From the IMG/VR virus record IMGVR_UViG_3300042006_000024: a DNA stretch of 64,000 nucleotides. The stretch is one strand, 5' to 3'. The notes below the pieces were generated by a model. It did not search any database, was not told the DNA's origin, and saw nothing but the letters and a program-made list of their open reading frames with translations. Source of the stretch: a virus (Duplodnaviria; Heunggongvirae; Uroviricota; Caudoviricetes). Each line of letters begins with the position of its first letter. Positions within the stretch are counted from its first letter, which is position 1. The position numbers and the translations under genes were made by a program. Positions 18,181 through 24,621 of the stretch are shown here, piece by piece.

Positions 18181-18256
18181 TGGGCAGGTTAGAAGATTCG
18201 AACTTCAACTGCGAAGCCGTCGCCACGCCGTGTACCCAGATTACACCATAACCTGC
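18181..18256 (-). ncRNA. 8/4-fold tRNA-like RNA without a readable anticodon arm
   Basis: Perfect 8-bp GCAGGTTA/TAACCTGC, 4-bp GAAG-TTCGAAT-CTTC, 5-bp D stem GTGTA/TACAC, ends CCA. Confidence 0.6.
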
Positions 18257-18257
18257 A

Positions 18258-18420
18258 AAATTCTTGAACTGGTTCTACGCTAGTGAGACTTGACACAACT
18301 ACACGCGCGGTTGCATCGCTCCATTCACCTAAAGCCCGTTCTCAGGCTACCTTTATCGAATCGAAGGCTACGTATCAACACTCTACGCAGTTGAACGCGC
18401 TATTGGGCGTGACTTCCAAT
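18258..18420 (-). ncRNA. putative structured ncRNA A (related to element B at 19908)
   Basis: Non-coding; shares AGCCTGAGA(T)ACGGGCT hairpin and CAGTTCAAGAATTT with element B. Confidence 0.5.
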
Positions 18421-18421
18421 T

Positions 18422-18498
18422 TGGTAGAGGGTCTTGGATTCGAACCAAGGAATGTCAGGATCAAAACCTGATGCGTTAGGCCTCTTCGCCAACCCTCT
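18422..18498 (-). tRNA. tRNA-Gln(TTG)
   Basis: AGAGGGT/ACCCTCT, TCAGG-TTTTGAT-CCTGA, ACCA end. Confidence 0.9.
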
Positions 18499-18600
18499 GA
18501 ATTCTTCCTGCTTACCTACATACAGGGACGTTCTCGACGTCGGGCACTGCCTCTCCATCAGATTTAATGACGAACAAGGACTATACAGTGATTTAGTGCA

Positions 18601-18765
18601 TTACTTCAAGTCTTTCTTGATCTCTTTAACAGCTTCCTGCGCGACGTCAGCAATCGGCTTAGTGACTGCACGGGTGACATCAAGCGCGATCTCTACAGGG
18701 GCTGCCACGACTTTCACAACGTCACTTGCAACACCAACCAGACTATTAAACATGCTACCGAACAT
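18601..18765 (-). CDS. small amphipathic protein (54 aa, MFGSMFNSLVGVASDVVKVVAAP...)
   Basis: Manual translation; GGAG RBS. Confidence 0.6.
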   Translation of the reverse strand: MFGSMFNSLVGVASDVVKVVAAPVEIALDVTRAVTKPIADVAQEAVKEIKKDLK

Positions 18766-18803
18766 ATGTATTACTCCACTGTACAGCGTTGATTGAATTA
18801 GAT

Positions 18804-18930
18804 CCGAGAGACAAGGTGCGAGTGACGTGTACTTAGCCAGCGCACCGTTGCCTCTCTGTCAAGCTACCTCGAAGTCATTCCGATTAGACCTTTCGAGCCG
18901 GGGTATTGAACCCCACTTCGTATCGCTTGC
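18804..18930 (-). ncRNA. two-domain structured ncRNA with a T-loop-like hairpin
   Basis: CAAGC/GCTTG and CGAAGT/ACTTCG around GGGG-TTCAATA-CCCC; long hairpin GAGAGGCAA/TTGTCTCTC with GGTGCG/CGCACC. Confidence 0.55.
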
Positions 18931-18933
18931 ATT

Positions 18934-19018
18934 TGGTGCGGACGGAGAGACTCGAACTCTCACTCCCGAAAGAACTTGGGCCTAAACCAAGCGCGTCTAC
19001 CAGTTCCGCCACGTCCGC
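18934..19018 (-). tRNA. tRNA-Leu(TAG)
   Basis: GCGGACG/CGTCCGC, CTTGG-TTTAGGC-CCAAG, long variable arm, ACCA. Confidence 0.93.
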
Positions 19019-19072
19019 GAATTCTCAAGACAGTTTCAAAGCATGTCAAGGCCTGGCGCTTTACAGTTGCTT

Positions 19073-19191
19073 GAGCTTACCACAGCCCACTTTTCTCTGT
19101 ACTGTTTAGAGGTCACACCTCACCGAGATTGGAGTGACAGTACCTATCCACTTTGGGCACGCTCGAAAGCGCTTAGTGCCTGTGGTAGCTC
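19073..19191 (-). ncRNA. three-way-junction structured ncRNA
   Basis: GAGCTACCACAG/CTGTGGTAAGCTC closing stem, GGCAC/GTGCC and GTACTGT/ACAGTAC arms. Confidence 0.6.
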
Positions 19192-19202
19192 GGGTACAAA
19201 AC

Positions 19203-19279
19203 TGGTGGGTCGCCTGAGATTCGAACTCAGGACATCCAGATTAAAAGTCTGGAGCTCTAACCAGCTGAGCTAGCGACCC
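19203..19279 (-). tRNA. tRNA-Lys(TTT)
   Basis: GGGTCGC/GCGACCC, CCAGA-CTTTTAA-TCTGG, ACCA. Confidence 0.95.
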
Positions 19280-19289
19280 GTGAAAGATG

Positions 19290-19403
19290 TATTGGTTGAT
19301 GTAGCGTATGTCAATAAGGGCAACCACGACCTAGTTGAACTGACTCGCTAGCTTCTCCTAGGTTGATAGAGTGCTGTTCGAGCTGACGCTACATCCACCA
19401 ATA
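19290..19403 (-). ncRNA. structured ncRNA closed by an 18-bp near-perfect stem
   Basis: TATTGGTGGATGTAGCGT/ACGCTACATCAACCAATA; internal ACCTAG/CTAGGT stem. Confidence 0.6.
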
Positions 19404-19434
19404 GATCCTTTCGAATATATTGGTACAAATTGAT

Positions 19435-19611
19435 CAGTGTAGAGGTGCGCTATTACGCCAAAGGAGAAGTTAGCCTTACCGTCTCCGGGGTGCCTTCTTA
19501 CTTACCAATTCGAGATGCTGCTTGGGTTTACATTCCCAGCAAACCGCACGTTCGAATCTTGCTCCACTCTTTAAAGGATGGCTGCTTCTAAGCCCACCTT
19601 CCGCTACACTG
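19435..19611 (-). ncRNA. RNA resembling the 23S rRNA uL11-binding domain (H43/H44) with ~105-nt insertion
   Basis: GGAAGGTGGGCTTAGAAGCAGCCATCCTTTAAAGAG ... GCGTAATAGCGCACC closed by CAGTGTAG/CTACACTG. Confidence 0.8.
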
Positions 19612-19619
19612 GGTGAAAC

Positions 19620-19695
19620 TGGTCAGAGTGACAGGCGTCGAACCTGCGACCTCTTGGTCCCAAACCAAGCGCTCTACCAACTGAGCTACACTCTG
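19620..19695 (-). tRNA. tRNA-Pro(TGG)
   Basis: CAGAGTG/CACTCTG, CTTGG-TTTGGGA-CCAAG, ACCA. Confidence 0.95.
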
Positions 19696-19710
19696 ATGAA
19701 CTTTTAAATC

Positions 19711-19857
19711 CTATATCGATTTACTGATTACAGAGATACCATCATGACCACCCATGTACAACGACTTTCGCAGATTTTCAGCATCCACTTCATTCAAGAA
19801 GACATCTACGAACCGACCCTGCACTGTTACGATATAAACGATCATCTTGCTCTCCAT
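19711..19857 (-). CDS. small hypothetical protein (48 aa)
   Basis: Manual translation; sigma70 promoter immediately upstream. Confidence 0.5.
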   Translation of the reverse strand: MESKMIVYIVTVQGRFVDVFLNEVDAENLRKSLYMGGHDGISVISKSI

Positions 19858-19877
19858 ATGTGTTGTCTCTTGTGTCC

Positions 19878-19905
19878 ATTCTACTAGAGTCTAAGCACAT
19901 GTCAA
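19878..19905 (-). promoter_or_regulatory. sigma70-type promoter inside tRNA array
   Basis: TTGACA-16-TAGAAT. Confidence 0.6.
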
Positions 19906-19907
19906 CC

Positions 19908-20040
19908 AAATTCTTGAACTGCTAGGTATTTGGCGGCTAAACGGCGCACTTCCTAGCTACAGCCCGTATCTCAGGCTAAGAGTTATGCCTTCCAACTCAT
20001 AAGGATACGGTCTCCGCGCCGCTCGCGATTCACCCTAAGG
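19908..20040 (-). ncRNA. putative structured ncRNA B (related to element A)
   Basis: GAGTT/AACTC hairpin, AGCCTG-AGATA-CGGGCT, GCTAGG/CCTAGC, CAGTTCAAGAATTT. Confidence 0.5.
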
Positions 20041-20046
20041 TAAATT

Positions 20047-20130
20047 TGGTGCCGCCTGATGGAATCGAACCACATAACCTCAGTACCGGATTTACAGTCC
20101 AGCGTTTGTCCCAGCAAACTTTCAGTCGGC
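20047..20130 (-). tRNA. atypical tRNA with GTA (Tyr) anticodon, 9/3 fold (allo-tRNA-like)
   Basis: GCCGACTGA/TCAGGCGGC acceptor, TGG-TTCGATT-CCA T arm, 5-bp D stem, CTGGA-CTGTAAA-TCCGG, ACCA. Confidence 0.75.
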
Positions 20131-20135
20131 GAATT

Positions 20136-20213
20136 TGGCTGGTAGTCAGGGATTCGAACCCTACTTCATCTGGATTAACAGTCCAGTGCCCTCACCTAGA
20201 TGGCTCACTACCA
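20136..20213 (-). tRNA. tRNA-Asn(GTT)
   Basis: TGGTAGT/ACTACCA, CTGGA-CTGTTAA-TCCAG, GCCA end. Confidence 0.9.
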
Positions 20214-20224
20214 ATAAACTTTTC

Positions 20225-20304
20225 TACAGCAGCGCTCTATTAACCTTTAATCTAGGCCTCAGAGTAGCCTAGCTTCATCCTGATCATATTGAACGCTGTT
20301 GCTA
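20225..20304 (-). ncRNA. putative structured ncRNA at the head of a late transcript
   Basis: GCAACAGCGTTC/GAGCGCTGCTGT closing stem, CTAGGC/GCCTAG hairpin; CTAAATA at 20328-20334 upstream. Confidence 0.45.
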
Positions 20305-20530
20305 GAACAGCTTTGTTTCTGTATGTCTATTTAGTGCTTAGTATATTCTAATATCAGGATAAAACAAAGCTTTTTCGAATTATTTTATCCTGATACCGTA
20401 AATCTTTTCAATACTTCAGGGTTTTGAGGTATGCCACTGTCACTCGACATTGCAACCTTAACCACTTGCCCCAATCTTGCAACAGTTTCTTCATTCCCTA
20501 CACTCCTATATAGTAGTGCCAATTATACAA

Positions 20531-20755
20531 CTATGCTACCCGTTGTAGCAACTCCTCTACAGCAATTTTATCAATTGCTTGTTGCAGCAATTCACCCAAG
20601 TTCGGTTGGACGACAGTTATGCTAACAACAGTCGCTTCAGGAAACTCGGCAATAGCAGAGTCACTTGCACCGTTTGGCATGCAGGCATCATAGACCATAG
20701 CGAAGTTGAACGCTTGGCCATTGACAGTGTCTTGCATCTGTACGCGGTATTTCAT
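20531..20755 (-). CDS. hypothetical protein
   Basis: ORF track; start overlaps upstream stop. Confidence 0.55.
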   Translation of the reverse strand: MKYRVQMQDTVNGQAFNFAMVYDACMPNGASDSAIAEFPEATVVSITVVQPNLGELLQQAIDKIAVEELLQRVA

Positions 20756-20949
20756 TCTTCGGTTTCCTGTTCAGTAGTGCCCTTGGATTGACCTTCATCG
20801 AAAGCCAAATCTTCCTGGGCGTAGTTGGTATGCTCACCTACACGTTTCAGTCCCGTTTCATATTGCTCGCTCCTATCAAGTGGCTGTGGTTCGTAATCAA
20901 CGTTTGCGAATCGACTGCGCATGTCACGTCTACTCCGATCGAATTTCAC
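20752..20949 (-). CDS. hypothetical protein
   Basis: ORF track; start overlaps upstream stop. Confidence 0.55.
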   Translation of the reverse strand: MKFDRSRRDMRSRFANVDYEPQPLDRSEQYETGLKRVGEHTNYAQEDLAFDEGQSKGTTEQETEE

Positions 20950-21404
20950 TTGGCAAAGTGTTGTTTGACAGCGTCAGAAGCAACCTTACCGTCGTACTGA
21001 CCAGCACAGTTAGCCTTCAGCCACTTCATGGCATCGGCCATGTTAGTGATGCTGTTTTGTGTGATGCGCTGGATGATCTGGGAAGCGCTCAACTGTGTCG
21101 GTGTGTACTTTTCCAGCAGTTGATTGATGAAATTGTTTTCATCCATCAGCTTACCACTAACCCGCGAGCATGCCACCTTCAGGCACTCGGCGTTCGAGCC
21201 GTGCATCTTGCGCAGGATCGAAAGGACTGCGAGGTCATCAACCTCTTTACCTACACGTTCACACTCACCGACTACCAGAGTCAAGAGGTTGAACTCAGTC
21301 ACCACGTTAGGCGCTTTGCGGTAAAGATTGCGCATTTCTTTCAGGGTGTCGATCAGCTTCATTACAGTGTTCCTTGTAGTGAGGGTGACGCTTGCCACCC
21401 TCAT
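20946..21404 (-). CDS. YqeY/GatB-domain protein
   Basis: Helical pattern ...LLEKYTPTQLS...MADAMKWLKANCAGQYDGKVAS typical of YqeY. Confidence 0.75.
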   Translation of the reverse strand: MRVASVTLTTRNTVMKLIDTLKEMRNLYRKAPNVVTEFNLLTLVVGECERVGKEVDDLAVLSILRKMHGSNAECLKVACSRVSGKLMDENNFINQLLEKYTPTQLSASQIIQRITQNSITNMADAMKWLKANCAGQYDGKVASDAVKQHFAK

Positions 21405-21419
21405 ATCAGTAGTTAGCGA

Positions 21420-21560
21420 TTACTTCTTTTTCTCGCCGCCAGCGCCACATACAGTGCACTTCAGTGCGCCTTTAGCGTTAGGGTTGTGTACGCGCTGGCC
21501 GGCACCGTGCAGGGCGTCTTGTGCAGCGTGTTTACATTTGCAAGCTTTGATTTCGGACAT
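21420..21560 (-). CDS. small Cys/His Zn-binding basic protein (46 aa)
   Basis: Manual translation MSEIKACKCKHAAQDALHGAGQRVHN...CTVCG. Confidence 0.6.
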   Translation of the reverse strand: MSEIKACKCKHAAQDALHGAGQRVHNPNAKGALKCTVCGAGGEKKK

Positions 21561-21600
21561 CGTTTACTTCCTTACAGTTAGTGGAGTTGCTTTCAAAATA

Positions 21601-21674
21601 TGGTGGGCCCAGCCGGACTCGAACCGACAACCCAAGTCTTATGAGGACTCAGCTCTCCATTGAGCTATGGGCCC
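21601..21674 (-). tRNA. tRNA with CAT anticodon, Ile2 (lysidine) type
   Basis: GGGCCCA/TGGGCCC acceptor, GAGTC-CTCATAA-GACTT, ACCA; resembles Ile2 more than Met. Confidence 0.85.
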
Positions 21675-21680
21675 AGAGTG

Positions 21681-22148
21681 TTACTTATCAGCTTTATTGC
21701 TGTTACAAGTGATGCACATCGTTTGCGTGTTGCTGAGGTTGTTTGCACCGCCTTTAGAGCGTGCATGCACATGATCACATGTAAACAACTCTTCACGACC
21801 ATCCACAAGACCGTATAAGTTCAAGTGATACTTGTCAGTGCCACCATTTACCTGTCTCTCAACTGCGAAGAACGACGCGTAAGCTCCACATCCATGACAG
21901 CGCGTGCCAGTCTTAGCGAAGGTGCGCAAACGCAAGCTGTATAACTTTAGCTCTTGACCCATGATAGTTATCGTTGGGCGATGAGGCGGTAAGCCTATCA
22001 TACCAACAACATCTTCAAGAGGTACAGTGGTCAAACGCTCATAGTTTGATGGATTTCGCATATGTAGTTCCAACTTCAGATGTTTAGTGCAAGTACTGTA
22101 CACTCCTTTGTCTGAAGTGTACAGCATTGTTTTCAACTTACCAAACAA
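21681..22148 (-). CDS. HNH endonuclease
   Basis: CHGCG...CDHVHARSKGGANNLSNTQTMCITCNSNK. Confidence 0.85.
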   Translation of the reverse strand: MFGKLKTMLYTSDKGVYSTCTKHLKLELHMRNPSNYERLTTVPLEDVVGMIGLPPHRPTITIMGQELKLYSLRLRTFAKTGTRCHGCGAYASFFAVERQVNGGTDKYHLNLYGLVDGREELFTCDHVHARSKGGANNLSNTQTMCITCNSNKADK

Positions 22149-22386
22149 ACCAACCCATCACACTACCAATCGGGCCAGTGAAGATGCCGATCAGTTGAAC
22201 CCATGCAACAGTCGATGCTTGACCGATTGTTGGTGCGTCCATAAAGTTCGATATGCACTTCCAAGCGTTCATGATGTAGCCGATGATGCCCAAGATCCAG
22301 ATGAGTACGACAATCAACCCACCGAGTGCGAATGCGTTATCACGCCGCATCATCAAGATCCTCGTCGGACAGGTCTTCGTCTTCAT
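22138..22386 (-). CDS. small membrane protein
   Basis: Two hydrophobic helices. Confidence 0.55.
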   Translation of the reverse strand: MKTKTCPTRILMMRRDNAFALGGLIVVLIWILGIIGYIMNAWKCISNFMDAPTIGQASTVAWVQLIGIFTGPIGSVMGWFVW

Positions 22387-22681
22387 CGTCTACAGGCGCA
22401 GACTTGCCAGACAGCATGATCACTTCGAACAAGTCGGAGTACTGAGCATCTTCCTCGGTCACCACTTCGAACTGGTCTTTGTGGTAGTCACGAGCCATAC
22501 GACGCAGGTACTTCTTGTCGAGGTTGTACTTCTCGCTCAGGGCGTCAATTGACTCCTTGATGTAGGCACGTTCGCCTTCGATGCGGGTCAGGCTGTTGCT
22601 GATTTCCTTGATACCGTCAGCAACCGCTTTGCGATCAACAGGGGACGAAGGGATCACGATTTCTACGATTTCTTTTGCCAT
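22340..22681 (-). CDS. dsbA: T4 DsbA-like dsDNA-binding protein
   Basis: IKEISNSLTRIEG...IKE...LSEKYNLDKKYLRRMARDYHKD pattern matches T4 DsbA. Confidence 0.75.
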   Translation of the reverse strand: MAKEIVEIVIPSSPVDRKAVADGIKEISNSLTRIEGERAYIKESIDALSEKYNLDKKYLRRMARDYHKDQFEVVTEEDAQYSDLFEVIMLSGKSAPVDDEDEDLSDEDLDDAA

Positions 22682-22872
22682 TTTGGATCTACTTCCTTTC
22701 GGTTAGGTTGCAGGATAACCCTGCGTTCAGTGTGAAACGTTACTTCAGGCGAGCGATGATCTTGAGACCATCGATCACAAATCCGAATTGAGTGAAGTAA
22801 TAACCAGTCTTCAGCGACCACACCAGTACAGGGTGTGCGCCTGTGGTTATCTCATCATCATATGCGACGAAG

Positions 22873-23340
22873 TCAGACAGATTGTGCATCTTCAATATCC
22901 ATCAGTACTTCAGCGAGGCGGCGAACATCGTCCCATTTGTGGAGTTCTATCAGTTGATACAAGGCGTCTTTGACGATCTTGATCGACGGATTACCTTCAT
23001 ATGGCGCATTGGCCACGATGCACGTTACAGGCGGCTCCAATTCACCGTGTTCATCAATGAAGTCGACGACCGCGTTGTTTGGCAGTGGCAGTGGAACATG
23101 CACCAAGAACGGAAACATCGCAGTGTCAACTGTTACTTCAGCGCCTTTGAATACGCCGTTGGCATCTTCTGTTGAAGCACGCAAGAAGTCAGCGAGCGAT
23201 TTGGTTTCTTTCAGACCAGTGCCCAGGTAGTCACGAGCCGTCTTAATCCACGGCACCATCAGCATACCGTAGGTGCGACCGCTGTTCAATTCAGGGTTGA
23301 GCGGGCCGTAAAAGTGACCAATTTTTAAACGAAACTTCAT
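22873..23340 (-). CDS. hypothetical protein with ribosomal bL12 C-terminal-like motif
   Basis: VPWIKTARDYLGTGLKETKSLAD vs bL12 [23 protein letters not shown]. Confidence 0.6.
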   Translation of the reverse strand: MKFRLKIGHFYGPLNPELNSGRTYGMLMVPWIKTARDYLGTGLKETKSLADFLRASTEDANGVFKGAEVTVDTAMFPFLVHVPLPLPNNAVVDFIDEHGELEPPVTCIVANAPYEGNPSIKIVKDALYQLIELHKWDDVRRLAEVLMDIEDAQSV

Positions 23341-23711
23341 GCGATAGGTTCCCAGTTGAGGAGAGTCATCAGGTCGTTTTCGCACTGATCAAAGAACCCG
23401 ATAGGCCAGTGAGTAGCGCATCCATCCTGAGTGAATGTTACCATTGTAGTTTGAACTTTGCCGTCAACGATGTGGTCGTAATGAACAACCAGGTCAGCAA
23501 CATCAATCAAGTTTTTGCTGATCGCGACACGCAGGCCGTTGAACAGGTTGTCGTTGTTGCTGAAGACATGGCGTTCACCTTCATCAGGAATACGCAGTTC
23601 GCGGCCGATGGTCGACATCTCAAGACCAGTGGCATACAGTGAACCCAACACTTCAGGTTTTATCTTGAGGACGCCACAGTAAATGCCACAGTGAAAATAG
23701 AGCTTACCCAT
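23337..23711 (-). CDS. DUF3696-like hypothetical protein
   Basis: SNNDNLFNGLRVAI...DG...WPIGFFDQ. Confidence 0.6.
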   Translation of the reverse strand: MGKLYFHCGIYCGVLKIKPEVLGSLYATGLEMSTIGRELRIPDEGERHVFSNNDNLFNGLRVAISKNLIDVADLVVHYDHIVDGKVQTTMVTFTQDGCATHWPIGFFDQCENDLMTLLNWEPIA

Positions 23712-23721
23712 GATGAACCCC

Positions 23722-24003
23722 TTAACAAAAGTCAATGACGTTATTAGCAACGTCAACACAGATGAACAGCTCACCTTCTTCAAGCTCTTCATTCGATGGC
23801 AGATAGACGTACAACATACCGTCGTCGTTACCACAATCATGCGCGCTCTCATCCTGCCACTCAAGAACAGTGGTCTTGATCAATTCAGTCAAAATGACTT
23901 CGCTTAGCGTGCCGCTGTAGGCGTAGCTGCAACCGCTTGGTGCGAGAAGTTTGCCCAATTTGACGTTCAGCGATTGTTCAATGTATTTGAGAGTAGGATT
24001 CAT
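23722..24003 (-). CDS. hypothetical protein
   Basis: ORF track; GAGGA RBS; early promoter upstream. Confidence 0.6.
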   Translation of the reverse strand: MNPTLKYIEQSLNVKLGKLLAPSGCSYAYSGTLSEVILTELIKTTVLEWQDESAHDCGNDDGMLYVYLPSNEELEEGELFICVDVANNVIDFC

Positions 24004-24043
24004 GATGTAGTTCCTCTTTCACGTTGTTTGCTTCAGTCCGTGT

Positions 24044-24072
24044 ATATTACTGAGGCTTGATGCGATTGTAAA
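24044..24072 (-). promoter_or_regulatory. sigma70-type early promoter
   Basis: TTTACA-17-TAATAT. Confidence 0.6.
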
Positions 24073-24301
24073 CCCTTTCAGCTAAATCATTTTCAACTTT
24101 TTTCGAGTCGGCGACGAAGCTATCGAGTTCGGACATCCAACGCTCAAGTGTCAGATGGTTTAGACGACACACGGACACGCTTGTGGTTTGCGCGTACTCG
24201 ACATCAGCACCGAAGAACCACAGGTAGCCGTTGCCTTGAACCAGTTCAGCTTTGATGCCTCGAGCTGCGATAGCTTTGTTGACTGCTTTGAGGGTGAGCA
24301 T
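24047..24301 (-). CDS. hypothetical protein (MLTLKAVNKAIAARG...)
   Basis: Internal Met following upstream stop. Confidence 0.55.
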   Translation of the reverse strand: MLTLKAVNKAIAARGIKAELVQGNGYLWFFGADVEYAQTTSVSVCRLNHLTLERWMSELDSFVADSKKVENDLAERVYNRIKPQ

Positions 24302-24305
24302 GATG

Positions 24306-24539
24306 TTAGCCCCAGGTGATTTCGAGGATTTCGTTGCCGCCGTTGTAGTCTTCAACTTCATAGCCGAGATCGCGAAGAGTGCAGACGGTCGCGTAGGCTT
24401 CATCACTGTTAACACCGATGCACATGGTGTAGCAACCGTTTTCGGCCAGAATCTTGATTTGAGCGAACAGCGCTTCAAGTGTGGTGAAAGGCTTGTTCCA
24501 GTTGCGACTGTAGAGTTTGGTTGCTTCAGTAACGTTCAT
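24306..24539 (-). CDS. hypothetical protein
   Basis: ORF track; early promoter upstream. Confidence 0.55.
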   Translation of the reverse strand: MNVTEATKLYSRNWNKPFTTLEALFAQIKILAENGCYTMCIGVNSDEAYATVCTLRDLGYEVEDYNGGNEILEITWG

Positions 24540-24580
24540 GATGTCTGTCCTTCTTCGCGTTGTTTGCTTTCTATGTGTCC

Positions 24581-24609
24581 ATGGTAAAGGGCCCGAAGGC
24601 CCTTGTCAA
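24581..24609 (-). promoter_or_regulatory. early promoter overlapping the gp41 terminator hairpin
   Basis: TTGACA-17-TACCAT; spacer is the hairpin AAGGGCC-TTCG-GGCCCTT. Confidence 0.65.
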
Positions 24610-24621
24610 CTACTTTCCTCA

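Noticed and set aside
18500-18590. Possible hammerhead ribozyme (GTC...CTGATGG...GAGAAC)
   Set aside because: Core deviates from CUGANGA/GAAA and stems I/III cannot be formed convincingly
19290-19403. 16S rRNA h34-like words (CGTCAGCTCG, GCCCTTA)
   Set aside because: Short matches whose order and pairing partners differ from 16S h34; probably chance
19435-19611. Calling this a 23S rRNA gene or host contamination
   Set aside because: Similarity is limited to ~50 nt of H43/H44, interrupted by an insertion and closed by a non-rRNA stem, and it is flanked by phage tRNAs
16280-21680. HDV-like (theta) ribozymes after tRNA 3' ends
   Set aside because: Could not identify the nested double-pseudoknot core by eye; needs a motif search
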